A stretch of DNA of 64,000 bases, from the IMG/VR virus record IMGVR_UViG_3300044680_000280, positions 186,001-250,000 of that record; one strand, given 5' to 3'. The position numbers and the translations under genes are program-made. Below, piece after piece: positions 31,872 through 41,915 of the stretch. How positions within the stretch are numbered: the first letter of the stretch is position 1; every line of letters begins with the position of its first letter. The notes beneath the pieces are model-generated. The model had not been told where the DNA came from. It ran no database searches and saw only the letters and a list, made by a program, of their open reading frames with translations.

Positions 31872-32072
31872 TTATTTATCATACGTCGAGATGGTGCCGT
31901 CAGGGAGCACGTCCACCAGGAGGATCTTGCGAGCGCTAGAGTCGTGGTCAATTCCTCGACGAATGGGTGGAGCGCGGGTCCGCCCGGCTTCGATCTCGTC
32001 CTTGTGGAACTGACAGACGCAGTACCCCTCTAGCTTTTCGTTGTCACAGAATAATTTTTGACATTTCATCAT
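31872..32072 (-). CDS. small Cys/His zinc-binding protein
   Basis: CQKLFC...CQFH; AGAAGGA RBS. Confidence 0.55.
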   Translation of the reverse strand: MMKCQKLFCDNEKLEGYCVCQFHKDEIEAGRTRAPPIRRGIDHDSSARKILLVDVLPDGTISTYDK

Positions 32073-32090
32073 GAAATCCTTCTGTAAGTG

Positions 32091-32177
32091 TAGCGGAAGA
32101 TAGAGTACTCGAAACTCAGACCCTGGGGTCCCATCCGCTTTCGAAACGGCGCTCATTCCCTGATGAGTTTATCTTCC
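32091..32177 (-). tRNA. tRNA-Ser(CGA), 8/4 fold
   Basis: GGAAGATA/TATCTTCC acceptor, GAGT/ACTC T stem. Confidence 0.85.
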
Positions 32178-32268
<91 letters not shown>

Positions 32269-32294
32269 AAGGACGGGTCGCCCCGTCCGTCCAA

Positions 32295-33932
32295 TCACCA
32301 GCTCTTGCGAGACTGCTTCTTGGACTTTTCTTTTTTACAGACGTGTTTCGCTTCGTGTGTTGGGGACGGGTCAGGTTCAGAGTGGGCCGATGGGTCTACA
32401 CCGAAGAAATCGAACGAACTAACCGGGGTAAGCGGAGGCATCCCGATGGTCAAAGTTCCGACACCGGGATCGGGTATGAATGATTGCACCATATGCAGCG
32501 GAGGAGACGGGTGCACCATCATTTCCACGAATGTTTCTTGAATGGCTGGTTGAACGATCGCTGGTTGAACAGTAACTCCAGCGAACGCGTTGGACGTGTT
32601 CGTCGTGGTCGTTGTGTTCATTTGGACCCCGAGGTTCGCGAGGTCGCTATCCGCACCGCCCGCGTAGCAGGAAACCCCAAGACCGCGCGAAGCCCCGTTC
32701 TGGAAGCTCCGTAGGTAACTGGCGTTCTGAACGTACTTGTCCGCACTGTCGACGCTAGAACCGAGCTTCCTGGAGACCGCCGCAAGGCTCAGAAGACCCC
32801 GCGAGCCGAAATCAGCGGCTTTGGCCGCCATGATGTCAGCGGCCGCCTGATAGGAGCCCTTCTTGGCGGCTTCCTCAGCTTCAATTTGAGCTCGAACAAG
32901 TTGAGCCAATCCAACGATGGCGTCGAGACTGGGATCCGGTTTCGACTCGAGGTCCTCCTTGCGAACGAACTGAGCCTTAACCTTGGTCTCTTCCGTGTGA
33001 TCGTGCTTCTTACCTTGAGCGTCGAATGTTTGGTACGTTGCATGCAAGTCGAAGACATTCACGGCACGAGGACCGTGGGTCTTCTGCTTGGCGAGTCGAA
33101 CCGCAACGACAATGTGACGAGCCTCCTCAGCAAGAAGGTCAGGGATCTGGATGTGAACCTCCCCCGTGCTGTCGTTGTCGTCCACGTCAACGTCAGAAAC
33201 GACCGAATTAATGACGTGTCCGCTTGTGGGCTTCAAGTAGAGGTCAATGTTTGTCGCGTAGGTCGAGATGAGTCCGCCGAGTTCCGTACCGAACGCCTTG
33301 AGAGCTTTGTCCGGGTTTTCGACATGGGCGTAATTACCCTTCCCCTCCCGAGCAAACTCCGTAAGAAGATTAGAGTCGAATTCCCCCTGTGTGTTGGAGC
33401 CATACCCGAAGGCACTGCACGTGACGTGCTCACGGTTCGACGTGAGTAGATTAATGATGTCCTTACTGGTCTTCGCGGGACCGACGTTGGCCGCGCCGTC
33501 CGTCAACATGATGACACGGTGAATGTAGTCTCCGCCGATATCGAGCGCCTTGAGTAGCTCGAGACTCATGAGTAGGCCGCCCGAAAAATTCGTCATGCCG
33601 TCCGCCTTGAGTCCGGCAACAACCTTTCTGAGGGCATCCTTGTCTCTGACCCGAGCGGGGGCGAACGCCGTGCTCGCCTTGGAACCAAAAGTCACGATTC
33701 CAAGAATGTCGTCGTGCTTCAGATGCTCGATGATCTTGAGGGCACTCTGCTTGACGTACTCGAGTTTCTCACCCGCCATAGAGCTACTGACGTCAACACA
33801 AAGAACCATCGCCAGCTTTGGGCGAGTCTGTTCAACGTCAACCGGGGGAGCCGTCAGACTGACGACAAGGTGGGTTGTGTTTTCATCATCGAAATGGAAT
33901 TTGTTGGTGACAAGACGTGCTTCGAGTTTCAT
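32295..33932 (-). CDS. vWA domain protein
   Basis: MIDAS DVSSSM, TNF, MLTDG. Confidence 0.85.
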   Translation of the reverse strand: MKLEARLVTNKFHFDDENTTHLVVSLTAPPVDVEQTRPKLAMVLCVDVSSSMAGEKLEYVKQSALKIIEHLKHDDILGIVTFGSKASTAFAPARVRDKDALRKVVAGLKADGMTNFSGGLLMSLELLKALDIGGDYIHRVIMLTDGAANVGPAKTSKDIINLLTSNREHVTCSAFGYGSNTQGEFDSNLLTEFAREGKGNYAHVENPDKALKAFGTELGGLISTYATNIDLYLKPTSGHVINSVVSDVDVDDNDSTGEVHIQIPDLLAEEARHIVVAVRLAKQKTHGPRAVNVFDLHATYQTFDAQGKKHDHTEETKVKAQFVRKEDLESKPDPSLDAIVGLAQLVRAQIEAEEAAKKGSYQAAADIMAAKAADFGSRGLLSLAAVSRKLGSSVDSADKYVQNASYLRSFQNGASRGLGVSCYAGGADSDLANLGVQMNTTTTTNTSNAFAGVTVQPAIVQPAIQETFVEMMVHPSPPLHMVQSFIPDPGVGTLTIGMPPLTPVSSFDFFGVDPSAHSEPDPSPTHEAKHVCKKEKSKKQSRKSW

Positions 33933-34143
33933 GGGTTCTTCTCCGTAAACGTTGCGGTCGGTCTTGACGGGACGCGGAGCTGGACAGTGCTCCCAAATCT
34001 CGACAGGTTCCTAACAGTCGTCCTCGGCTTTCCCAAACCCCAAAGGGGCGCGGTCCACCGTACGGAAACCCAAACCAGCGAAGGCGCGGTCTCCAGTGCC
34101 ACTATGTATACACCGGAACACCAATCGGTGCAAAAAGATTTTG

Positions 34144-34226
34144 CGGAAGGCAGAATACTCGAAATTCAGTCCGTAAGGACCGCATCCGCTTCCAACGGAG
34201 CCCGCGCCCTACGCGGTTTACCTTCC
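34144..34226 (-). tRNA. tRNA-Ser(GGA), 8/4 fold
   Basis: GGAAGGTA/TGCCTTCC acceptor, GAAT/ATTC T stem. Confidence 0.83.
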
Positions 34227-34233
34227 AGAATCA

Positions 34234-34791
34234 CTAAGCAGGCAATCGAAGCAGGATTTCCTGAAGCATCGACATGATCGCGGGCACTTTGGACACGTGT
34301 TCCTTGAGCTCGCGAACGTCGTCACGTAAGAATTGGACGTCCTTACGCATGAGGTTCACGGTGACGGAAACCTTAGCGAGGTCTTCGTCAACTTCGTCGA
34401 CCTGACGGGAAGTTGCCTCAACCTTGGCAGCAACCGACTGAACCTGGTCATCGATACGATTGATGACCGGGTACAAGTGGTCATCCATGTTTCGACGCAT
34501 CTTGATGCCACCCTCAATCGCCGCCTCGGCGATCTTCGAGACAGCGGTCAGCCCGTCATGGATGAGGTCAAGCGTAACGGTGTCACGGGAGTAACCCTTC
34601 CAGGCTTGAAGTGGATCCTCTGCCAGCGGCGGGGTTGATTCCATCTCAAACCCCAAGGCCGCTTCCTCCGCCTCTTGGGCGTCGATACGAGCAGAGACCT
34701 CTTCGAGAGCCGTACGCTCCTCTGTAGGAGGTGCGATACGATGATGCCCACTGCCATTCGTACCGTTCTTCTTTGACACCATAAGCACCAT
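34234..34791 (-). CDS. coiled-coil hypothetical protein
   Basis: Heptad C-terminal half. Confidence 0.65.
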   Translation of the reverse strand: MVLMVSKKNGTNGSGHHRIAPPTEERTALEEVSARIDAQEAEEAALGFEMESTPPLAEDPLQAWKGYSRDTVTLDLIHDGLTAVSKIAEAAIEGGIKMRRNMDDHLYPVINRIDDQVQSVAAKVEATSRQVDEVDEDLAKVSVTVNLMRKDVQFLRDDVRELKEHVSKVPAIMSMLQEILLRLPA

Positions 34792-34814
34792 ATCTCACAT
34801 AAGGAGTATTGGTA

Positions 34815-34892
34815 TGGTCAGAGTGGCGGGATTCGAACCCACGACCTCGACGTCCCCAACGTCGCGCTCTAACCAGGCTGAGCTACACCCTG
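34815..34892 (-). tRNA. tRNA-Pro(GGG)
   Basis: Canonical cloverleaf with CCA. Confidence 0.92.
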
Positions 34893-34960
34893 ATAACGTT
34901 TCACCTGCCTAAAATGGGCTACCTGACCGCAAAATCAAGTAGCCCATTTTAGTGAGGTTT

Positions 34961-35509
34961 TCAGCCCGTTCCCGCGACATATCCCGCCGCCTCAAGGTAC
35001 GGAAGCATCCGGGGATGCGGATTCCGCAGATTGAAAATAGGGGACGTCATCGGCAACGTCTTCGGCTTGTACGGCTTCCTCAGAAGTTTCATTCCCGCCT
35101 GCTCGGGCGTTCGACGATCCTTCTTGGTATTGCACCTGTAGCAACTCGCAACAATATTTTCCCAGGTCGTTTGACCGCCCTGGTGCCTAGGCCGAACGTG
35201 ATCGTAGTTCAGTTGCCCCATCTCGAATTGCTTTCCGCAGTACTGACAACGAAATGCGTCTCGAGTGAAGACGTTGACTCGGCTGAACTTGATGCCCTTC
35301 TTGAAACCGTCGACATTTCGAATCAACCGAACAACCATGGGCATCCCGAAAGAAACACGCGGATTCGTCTCGGACCCCGCCGATGAGATGACCTCATCGT
35401 AAGTCTCGAGAAGATCGCACTTGCCCTGAACGTAGTCGAGAGCTGCTTCTTGCCAAGGGATTAGCCTATGTGGGCTCATCCATGGGGTTAAAATTAACGT
35501 ATGGTTCAT
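34961..35509 (-). CDS. HNH endonuclease (McrA-like)
   Basis: RDAFRCQYCG, DHV.P...GG.TTWEN..SCYRCN. Confidence 0.9.
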   Translation of the reverse strand: MNHTLILTPWMSPHRLIPWQEAALDYVQGKCDLLETYDEVISSAGSETNPRVSFGMPMVVRLIRNVDGFKKGIKFSRVNVFTRDAFRCQYCGKQFEMGQLNYDHVRPRHQGGQTTWENIVASCYRCNTKKDRRTPEQAGMKLLRKPYKPKTLPMTSPIFNLRNPHPRMLPYLEAAGYVAGTG

Positions 35510-35608
35510 TTTTGAGCCTCCTTTCATGGGCTTAGCGTTTAGTATTCACTACGTGGATGGGTGATTCAATCCGTAATCGCACAACGGCACGATGCCATAA
35601 CGAGAACA

Positions 35609-35686
35609 TAGTGCTCGAGGAGGGATTCGAACCCTCACTGTACCGGCTTTAAGGCGGCCGCCTCCTGCCAATTGGGCTACACGAGC
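35609..35686 (-). tRNA. tRNA-Leu(TAA), short variable loop
   Basis: Cloverleaf, no V arm. Confidence 0.8.
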
Positions 35687-35687
35687 A

Positions 35688-35764
35688 TAGTGCTCACGGC
35701 GAGATTCGAACTCGCACTGAACGCTTTTTGAGGGCGTCGACTCCTGCCGTTGGTCTACGTGAGC
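35688..35764 (-). tRNA. tRNA-Leu(CAA), short variable loop
   Basis: Cloverleaf, no V arm. Confidence 0.82.
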
Positions 35765-35769
35765 GTTGT

Positions 35770-35979
35770 TCAAGAGTGATGATGCACGAAGCGGTGTCTT
35801 CGCATCAGGGCGACCCGTACTGCCGCCGCAGGGGAGAAGAACTTCCTCTTCTGCCACTTGGGTTCTGAAAACAGAGCCAAAGCAGCCGTGGCGACCGTGT
35901 TCTTCTGAGCGGTCGTCAAAGTCGGAGCTCTTTGATCGACAATGACCAAGAGTTCGGAGAGAGTCGGAGTGGTCATCAA
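35770..35979 (-). CDS. hypothetical protein
   Basis: GAGGAG RBS, coupled to upstream gene. Confidence 0.6.
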   Translation of the reverse strand: MMTTPTLSELLVIVDQRAPTLTTAQKNTVATAALALFSEPKWQKRKFFSPAAAVRVALMRRHRFVHHHS

Positions 35980-38597
35980 GCAATCTCCTCAATGCTAAAC
36001 CAGGGGTACATCGGAGCGGCGGCCATCTCACCCAAGGCTGTAAAACCACCGTTGTAAGTGATCACCACCTCAACGAGTCCAGGAGACCCACTGGTTTGAT
36101 AGTACCCAACGCACGGAGCCCCCGTGGCATGATCCCCAGCGGTCGGAGGAGACCCTTGCTGCCCATCGTCCAATCTTGTACCAACACCGATCGAACTGCC
36201 ATTATTAGCATCACGCCACTCGAAATAGATGGCGCCCTGTCCAACACCTTCGTTCGGAGAAAACGTCAACTTGTATGTATGATTCGCAGCGAGCGTGATT
36301 CGTCCGATACTCGGAGCACCCAGAGTCGTTGTGTACGATGAACTCGAGTCCAGGGCGATGTCTGAACCGACGGAGAAATACGACGAATTGAACTTGACGT
36401 GATCCCCGGCACTCAAATTGGTTGACTGAGTCGAACTTACGTAGCCATGAACGACATTCAGGATTGGGTTCTGCCACGAAGCCGTGCCCTCCCCAGTTGC
36501 CACAAGCGTCTGCCCAACCGCGGTCGGACCCGAACCCTGAACAACCGCTAACGTCGCGGGCACCCAAGCACTACCATTCCACCAATAGGGCTGTGTAGAG
36601 CTCTCGTCGTAATACATCATTCCTTCTTGAACGTTGCCGGGGTAGAACCCGCTCTCGTACAGGGCGGTCGTAATCACGTTGAGTCCGGCCATCGTGGCGC
36701 CCGTGGACGATGGGCCCGTAAAGGTCGCAGTCAGTATAAGGTGTGTTCCGTCTACCAGAGACGAGATCGTGTAGTTTCCCGAAACCGTCGGGGAACCGCC
36801 ACTAAAGGTGACCTGCTGCCCGACGGTAAACTCAGACGTCGAACCGCTGGTCAAAGTGACCTCAGCGTTTCCGGTCGTCACATCGACGGTAACCGACGGG
36901 GGTACGCCAGTGTAATTCTCATTCAAGTAGACCGTGTTACCACCAACCTCTGAAACTTTATACACAACACCGGGTTGAGAGGCAAAGATCAGATTGACGT
37001 TGTTTCCGCTCCAACTCGTTTGGGCGACCGACGCAGTAACTATGTTGGAGTTGTACTGAACGGTAAAGGTGCCGCTGGCGGTACCAGCATTAGACGGCTG
37101 AGGAAAAGATCCGGAGCCAGAAAATGGTGTCAATGCCGAGGCCGAGGAACCCTGCCAATACACATTAATCCCTCCCGAATAATACGGAAGGAAAGGAAAC
37201 GGATTCGAAAGGTCCCCGTAGTAGGGCCCCTGCATGTAAAACTGGAATGAAGTACCGAACGACGATGGGGTACCGGCGACAAAACTGTCATCGAAGAAGT
37301 TGTACTGTGTTGTCAGGATGTAGATATCCCCTCCCGTGCCAGCATTGGATCCGCAGTTGATAAACGCGGTGGTGGCCGAACTGTCCGATCCTGCGTAGCC
37401 GCCAGATCCTATCGTAAGGTACACAAATGGCGCGTACAAACTGACGTCGAAAATACCGCCATTGTAGTCCACCGCCATAACCGAATTTTCGTCTATGGTC
37501 ATCATAGGCGGTAGCTGAGACGGTGTTCCAAGAAAGAGTTGATTGCTGAACTCCGTAAGAGCAACAAGGCCGCCAGTGATATGAAGGAAACCCTCATTCC
37601 AGGTGTTGCCGTCGTAAATACCGATGTAAGTGGAGAACTCTTCCGTTGGGGTACTTCCGGTGAGAGTAATCTGAGAGAGGTTGTAGTCGAACCCGAGAGT
37701 CCAACAGATGGTCCCGTTGGCCTCGTCGGGCGTCACGGCGTTAACGTTCGTAACCTGGACCGAAGTGGCAGAAATGTAATTGGTGATTACGAACGTACCG
37801 TTGTTGCCACCGTTCGAGACATTCGTGAACGTAATGACTTTACCAACGTCACCTGAAACTATCCCACTCAGCCCCGTAATCGTAGCAAGGGTGCCATCGA
37901 AAGCGGTGACGGAGGCGGACGCGACTCCCTGAGTGTACCAACCGATTTCCCCATTATTGGCATCGTCGGCGACCGCAGATGCATTCGCAACGATTACCGA
38001 AGACGGAGAGAGTACCTCAACTATGGGGAATGTCCCGTTGTTGCCAGAACTCGCCGCCGCATAGACCACAAGAGTCTGTCCCACCAAGGGGGCGATCATA
38101 CTGGACATGCCCGTGATGGTCATGTTTCCGCCAGAAACGGTTGTGATCGAAGCAGTGCCACCCTCCCCGCTCGTGGGAAGGAGCTGGATCATACAATCGT
38201 CGATCGAATCATCGATGACGATTGTCGACGGAATTCCCGTCTCCGTGATCGAAGACTGCGCCGCTGTGTAAGCGTCATAGAAGGTGGCGAACACGTTTCC
38301 ACTGGGTGTCGCCCCCTGACGGTAAACGAAGGTGTTACTGCTACTACTGCCAGAAGGGCCCTCGGGTCCTTCTGGTCCAGTTGCACCAGTTGCCCCCGTT
38401 GCACCCGGGGAACCGGGCGGTCCCTGTTGTCCAGTTGCACCTTGTGGCCCCTGCGGGCCTGGGGGACCAGGAGGACCAGCTACTCCCGGGGGACCTCTGA
38501 AATTGGCATCATTCACACTGTACCCGCGGAATGAATTGTTTAAAGACGAGGTCGTAAAATTCGTACCCGGCGTCTTAGGTCCGTAAGCGTTCCCCAT
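35976..38597 (-). CDS. collagen-repeat fibre/appendage protein
   Basis: Gly-X-Y run near N-terminus; repeated beta modules (GNNGTF.I). Confidence 0.75.
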   Translation of the reverse strand: MGNAYGPKTPGTNFTTSSLNNSFRGYSVNDANFRGPPGVAGPPGPPGPQGPQGATGQQGPPGSPGATGATGATGPEGPEGPSGSSSSNTFVYRQGATPSGNVFATFYDAYTAAQSSITETGIPSTIVIDDSIDDCMIQLLPTSGEGGTASITTVSGGNMTITGMSSMIAPLVGQTLVVYAAASSGNNGTFPIVEVLSPSSVIVANASAVADDANNGEIGWYTQGVASASVTAFDGTLATITGLSGIVSGDVGKVITFTNVSNGGNNGTFVITNYISATSVQVTNVNAVTPDEANGTICWTLGFDYNLSQITLTGSTPTEEFSTYIGIYDGNTWNEGFLHITGGLVALTEFSNQLFLGTPSQLPPMMTIDENSVMAVDYNGGIFDVSLYAPFVYLTIGSGGYAGSDSSATTAFINCGSNAGTGGDIYILTTQYNFFDDSFVAGTPSSFGTSFQFYMQGPYYGDLSNPFPFLPYYSGGINVYWQGSSASALTPFSGSGSFPQPSNAGTASGTFTVQYNSNIVTASVAQTSWSGNNVNLIFASQPGVVYKVSEVGGNTVYLNENYTGVPPSVTVDVTTGNAEVTLTSGSTSEFTVGQQVTFSGGSPTVSGNYTISSLVDGTHLILTATFTGPSSTGATMAGLNVITTALYESGFYPGNVQEGMMYYDESSTQPYWWNGSAWVPATLAVVQGSGPTAVGQTLVATGEGTASWQNPILNVVHGYVSSTQSTNLSAGDHVKFNSSYFSVGSDIALDSSSSYTTTLGAPSIGRITLAANHTYKLTFSPNEGVGQGAIYFEWRDANNGSSIGVGTRLDDGQQGSPPTAGDHATGAPCVGYYQTSGSPGLVEVVITYNGGFTALGEMAAAPMYPWFSIEEIA

Positions 38598-38629
38598 GTG
38601 GGTGTGGGACGATGAATCCTTTAAAGACG

Positions 38630-38661
38630 AAGGGGTCAGAGGATTTTACCTCCGACCCCTT
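38630..38661 (-). terminator. hairpin terminator downstream of tmRNA
   Basis: AAGGGGTCGGAGG/CCTCTGACCCCTT. Confidence 0.6.
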
Positions 38662-38738
38662 AACCTAGGGCTAATACGGTTTCCCGTCGTCGCCTCCACC
38701 ACTCCACGAACCCGCGCTGGATTCGAGAAGACTTACTG

Positions 38739-39104
38739 TAGTGGACCCGCCGAGAATTGAACTCGGGTCCGAAAGATCGTCCTGATCACCCTCGTTACGT
38801 GCGTAGTCGGCTTGAGGCAACCGACGGCCTTGCGGGAAATGGGTGAGTTGACCCGCGTCTCAGCAACCTAATGTGTCCCCAGCTCACCGATTGCGAGGTG
38901 GCTGTATGCCTCGTGTGGGTTGACGACCCGTTGTCCGATACTCGAAGTCCTCTCGGACGGGTCGCCGATCAGGCCGCGATGGCGAGATCGGGGATGCCGT
39001 TGTCGTTGGCTGGTGTTTTCGCCTCGATTTGATTAAGCCGGGTCGAAGGAGCCCGCCTACACGCAGATGGTCGTTCTGTTCCTCCGTCGAAACCTGTCAG
39101 GCCC
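38739..39104 (-). ncRNA. ssrA: tmRNA, tag (A)ANDNGIPDLAIAA
   Basis: 5' GGGCCTGACAGGTTTCGAC; tag ORF ANDN...LAIAA*; 3' T arm and G3:U70 Ala acceptor. Confidence 0.93.
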
Positions 39105-39170
39105 GTACTGGTCAGATGAAAGATGATGCCGTGTCTTGAGATCCTATAGTACACCGGACGGAGGTGAAAG

Positions 39171-39623
39171 TCACTTACCCTTCACCTTTTTGGTGTGGAG
39201 GGGTGTGAAAGGTGAGTCTACGTCACAGCAGTAACCCGACGGACAATCGCCCCCGCAAACCTCCCCGGATGAACAGCACGAAACGAGATCGGGGCACAAA
39301 AGCCCGTCTCCGCACGCTACGGCTCGGAGTCGAACGGTCGCTGGCTTCACCTCAGAACGTTGAGCCTTTCGGGCGCCAAAAGTGTCGGAAGGACCTGTAA
39401 AGCAACAGGAATCCGCCGGACAGCCAGAGAAAGCCGTTCCACCACAAACCTCGTTCTCGCCGCAGCATTTGTGGTTGGGGTTGCCGTTCACATCAAGACA
39501 GACCACCCCGTCGATACCACAGGGGTACTCTGTCCCGGGCCCCGTGGGGACCTGGAGGAGCGGAATTGAGACGCACGAGACGGCGATGAGGGAGACAAGT
39601 GTTGCTGCAAATAGGTGTTTCAT
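39171..39623 (-). CDS. Cys-rich lipoprotein with two CC-repeat modules
   Basis: Signal/lipobox IAVSC; repeats CC..GEVCGG.CP..CC. Confidence 0.7.
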   Translation of the reverse strand: MKHLFAATLVSLIAVSCVSIPLLQVPTGPGTEYPCGIDGVVCLDVNGNPNHKCCGENEVCGGTAFSGCPADSCCFTGPSDTFGARKAQRSEVKPATVRLRAVACGDGLLCPDLVSCCSSGEVCGGDCPSGYCCDVDSPFTPLHTKKVKGK

Positions 39624-39671
39624 GGGTGCCCCTACTCCTACACCGTGTGAGAGGAGGGCCTCACCAAAAAG

Positions 39672-39756
39672 TGCTCAGAAAGGGATTCGAACCCTCACGC
39701 CCCGTAAGGGCACTAGCTTCTGAAACTAGGGTGTCTACCGATTCCACCACCTGAGC
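39672..39756 (-). tRNA. tRNA-Leu(CAG)
   Basis: Class II cloverleaf. Confidence 0.9.
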
Positions 39757-39796
39757 CTTAAAGCCGAAGGGGCTCCGAAGAGCCCCTTCCTTTTGA

Positions 39797-40132
39797 TTAC
39801 GAAGCCTTGTCGTAGTCCTCGTACTCTTCGTATTTGTTGTCGTCGTCCTCCGTCGCCTGGGACACAACGACCGTCGCTCTCTTTGTCACGGACTCCCCTG
39901 GGTACCTCGTCCGCCACATGGGGCCGTAACACATCTCCATCACCTCATCCTCTTGTTTCTTGAACTTTGACCGCTTCTCCGTTTGGACCCTTTCGGCTCG
40001 GACTTCGTGTTCTTGTTTGATGCGATCTGCCATCGCTTCGCTCAGGCTTTGCTTCGGTTTTGCAGGTTTCATGGTCTCACGGTCCTGGTGACGTTGTTGC
40101 TTCTTGGGGGGCGACCAATTACGGGACATCAA
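39797..40132 (-). CDS. hypothetical charged protein
   Basis: GGAGG RBS; downstream hairpin 39766-39789. Confidence 0.6.
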   Translation of the reverse strand: MMSRNWSPPKKQQRHQDRETMKPAKPKQSLSEAMADRIKQEHEVRAERVQTEKRSKFKKQEDEVMEMCYGPMWRTRYPGESVTKRATVVVSQATEDDDNKYEEYEDYDKAS

Positions 40133-40182
40133 ACCTCCTAGAGGGGGAAAGAGACACGTCTAAGGAATTCGATAGAAAGGAG

Positions 40183-40257
40183 TGGTTGGCGCGTCCAGAG
40201 TTGAACTGGGGTCGGATCTTTATAAGGGTTCCTGCCTCTACCGGAAGCCACGCGCCC
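40183..40257 (-). tRNA. tRNA-Ile(TAT), atypical
   Basis: Loop CTTATAA, T arm, CCA; imperfect anticodon stem. Confidence 0.65.
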
Positions 40258-40283
40258 GAAACTTTTTGTGCCTTTTCTCCTAT

Positions 40284-40529
40284 ATGTCCTATTCGTATGA
40301 CAGACGCTCAGAACGCCCCGTACAGGCCCTGTGGGGCGGCAGAGATTACGACAAGCTCTTAGACGCCATCCTGGACGGTCTACAGGGTACGGACAGGGTC
40401 ATTGAAAAAGCACACGAAACGGCTCCTTCGGGCGCACCGAAAGCCATTCTGACCGGTCTGCACCAAGACCTCTTCCAGACGATCAGCGAATTCCGAGGAT
40501 ACATCAAACAGTTGAAATCGATGAAGTAG
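40284..40529 (+). CDS. hypothetical protein (YxYDRR N-terminus)
   Basis: In-frame ATG 40284 gives MSYSYDRR. Confidence 0.65.
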   Translation: MSYSYDRRSERPVQALWGGRDYDKLLDAILDGLQGTDRVIEKAHETAPSGAPKAILTGLHQDLFQTISEFRGYIKQLKSMK

Positions 40530-40532
40530 CAG

Positions 40533-40616
40533 TGCTCACGGAGGGATTCGAACCCACACGTCCTTTCGAACGACGGAACCTAAATCCGTTGCGGCTACCA
40601 ATTACGCCACGTGAGC
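40533..40616 (-). tRNA. tRNA-Leu(TAG)
   Basis: Class II cloverleaf. Confidence 0.9.
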
Positions 40617-40617
40617 A

Positions 40618-40693
40618 TAGTACGCAGCGTCGGAATCGAACCGACCAGCTTCGGTTTGTAGGACCGAGGGGTTCACCAGCCTCCCCGCTGCGT
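40618..40693 (-). tRNA. tRNA-Val(TAC), atypical (C33)
   Basis: Loop CCTACAA, intact acceptor and T arm. Confidence 0.72.
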
Positions 40694-40716
40694 GTGTGTC
40701 GTGTTAGGATACGAAA

Positions 40717-41715
40717 GTGAACGATCCTCTCGTAAGAAAGAAGTTGGCCCCCGGTTGGATCGACCTAGCCGTGGGGGAAGCTCATTTGGTACGGCGTGCC
40801 CTTGGAGAGCTTTACACCCCAGAGCTTCTCGACGCCTCAACTCAATGCGATTATCAGCCGCCCGACGGATACCCTCCGCTCGTCACCCTCCTCGAAAAGA
40901 GACATCCAGGAACCTCCGTGATCATCACCTCGGGCGCCAAACAAGGGCTCTCTGCCGTCTTTTACGCAATGAAAGAGATGGGTTTTGTGGGTGTCGCCAT
41001 GCGGGCCCCCTACTGGTCCCAAATGCCGGAAGCCATTCGAATCGCAGGTCTCCGATTCATCCTCAATGACGACCCCGTAGGAGGTTACGCGTACCTCATG
41101 GTCTCGCCGAATAATCCCGACGGCTACATCGTTCCGACCATCGAAGCGCTCGAAAAGTACAAGCGATGCAAGAAACTCAGTGTCCCCCTCATCCATGACG
41201 CGGTCTATTACAACCCAATCTTCGTCCCAGGAGATCTTCAGGAGCTCGCTGACATCAGCATCTTCAGCGCATCCAAAACATACGGCCTCAGCGGACTCCG
41301 CGTCGGCTACATCACGACCGCCCACCCCGAAGTCAAACGACTGGTCTGCGAATACATCGAGGCAACAACCGTCGGCGTGTCCGTCCTCTCCCAGCGCGTC
41401 CTGCATGACATCCTAGAGCAAGAGAACAAGTGCCCCGCCATCCGTGAGCTCTTCATTCAAAGAGCTCAAGATGCCCTGAAAGAAGCGAAGAAAACGGTCG
41501 CCGGTCTGAGCCCGAAGGTGCTCGAGACCGAGGGCGTCGAGCAATCGACCGGCATGTTCGGATGGTTCAAGAAAGGCCCCCGGTTCAACGCCGACAAGGC
41601 TAGGGTCGCCGTCGCCCCCGGAGCCGCGTTCGGAGACGAAAGCCGAATCCGTATCAACCTCGCGGTTGAACCGAGGCTCCTACGCGAAGCGGTACGCCGC
41701 CTGAACTCTATCTAA
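40717..41715 (+). CDS. PLP-dependent aminotransferase class I/II
   Basis: SPNNPDG, HDAVY, SASKTYGLSGLRVGY. Confidence 0.92.
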   Translation: MNDPLVRKKLAPGWIDLAVGEAHLVRRALGELYTPELLDASTQCDYQPPDGYPPLVTLLEKRHPGTSVIITSGAKQGLSAVFYAMKEMGFVGVAMRAPYWSQMPEAIRIAGLRFILNDDPVGGYAYLMVSPNNPDGYIVPTIEALEKYKRCKKLSVPLIHDAVYYNPIFVPGDLQELADISIFSASKTYGLSGLRVGYITTAHPEVKRLVCEYIEATTVGVSVLSQRVLHDILEQENKCPAIRELFIQRAQDALKEAKKTVAGLSPKVLETEGVEQSTGMFGWFKKGPRFNADKARVAVAPGAAFGDESRIRINLAVEPRLLREAVRRLNSI

Positions 41716-41721
41716 AGATTT

Positions 41722-41792
41722 GTCCCGACAAGAGGAATCGAACCTCAACCGAAGTCCGTATGAAAGACTCGTCCTGCCTCAGGTTGCCGGGA
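41722..41792 (-). tRNA. tRNA(CAT) Met/Ile2-like, minimal D arm
   Basis: AGTCT-TTCATAC-GGACT anticodon arm, T loop, paired acceptor. Confidence 0.6.
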
Positions 41793-41799
41793 TGGGAAG

Positions 41800-41835
41800 T
41801 ATCGAGCTTTCGATATTCGTATCGAAAGCTCGATA
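41800..41835. repeat. perfect 16-bp inverted repeat
   Basis: TATCGAGCTTTCGATA-TTCG-TATCGAAAGCTCGATA. Confidence 0.9.
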
Positions 41836-41838
41836 AAC

Positions 41839-41913
41839 TGGCACCCCCGCCGTGAGTTGAACACGGAACGCCGGTTTCGAAGACCAGAACCTGGAAGCCG
41901 CCAGGACGGGGGT
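41839..41913 (-). tRNA. tRNA-Arg(TCG)
   Basis: Cloverleaf with CCA, atypical D arm. Confidence 0.8.
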
Positions 41914-41915
41914 AT

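Noticed and set aside
38969-39154. 61-aa ORF ending ANDNGIPDLAIAA
   Set aside because: It is the tmRNA tag reading frame, not an independent gene
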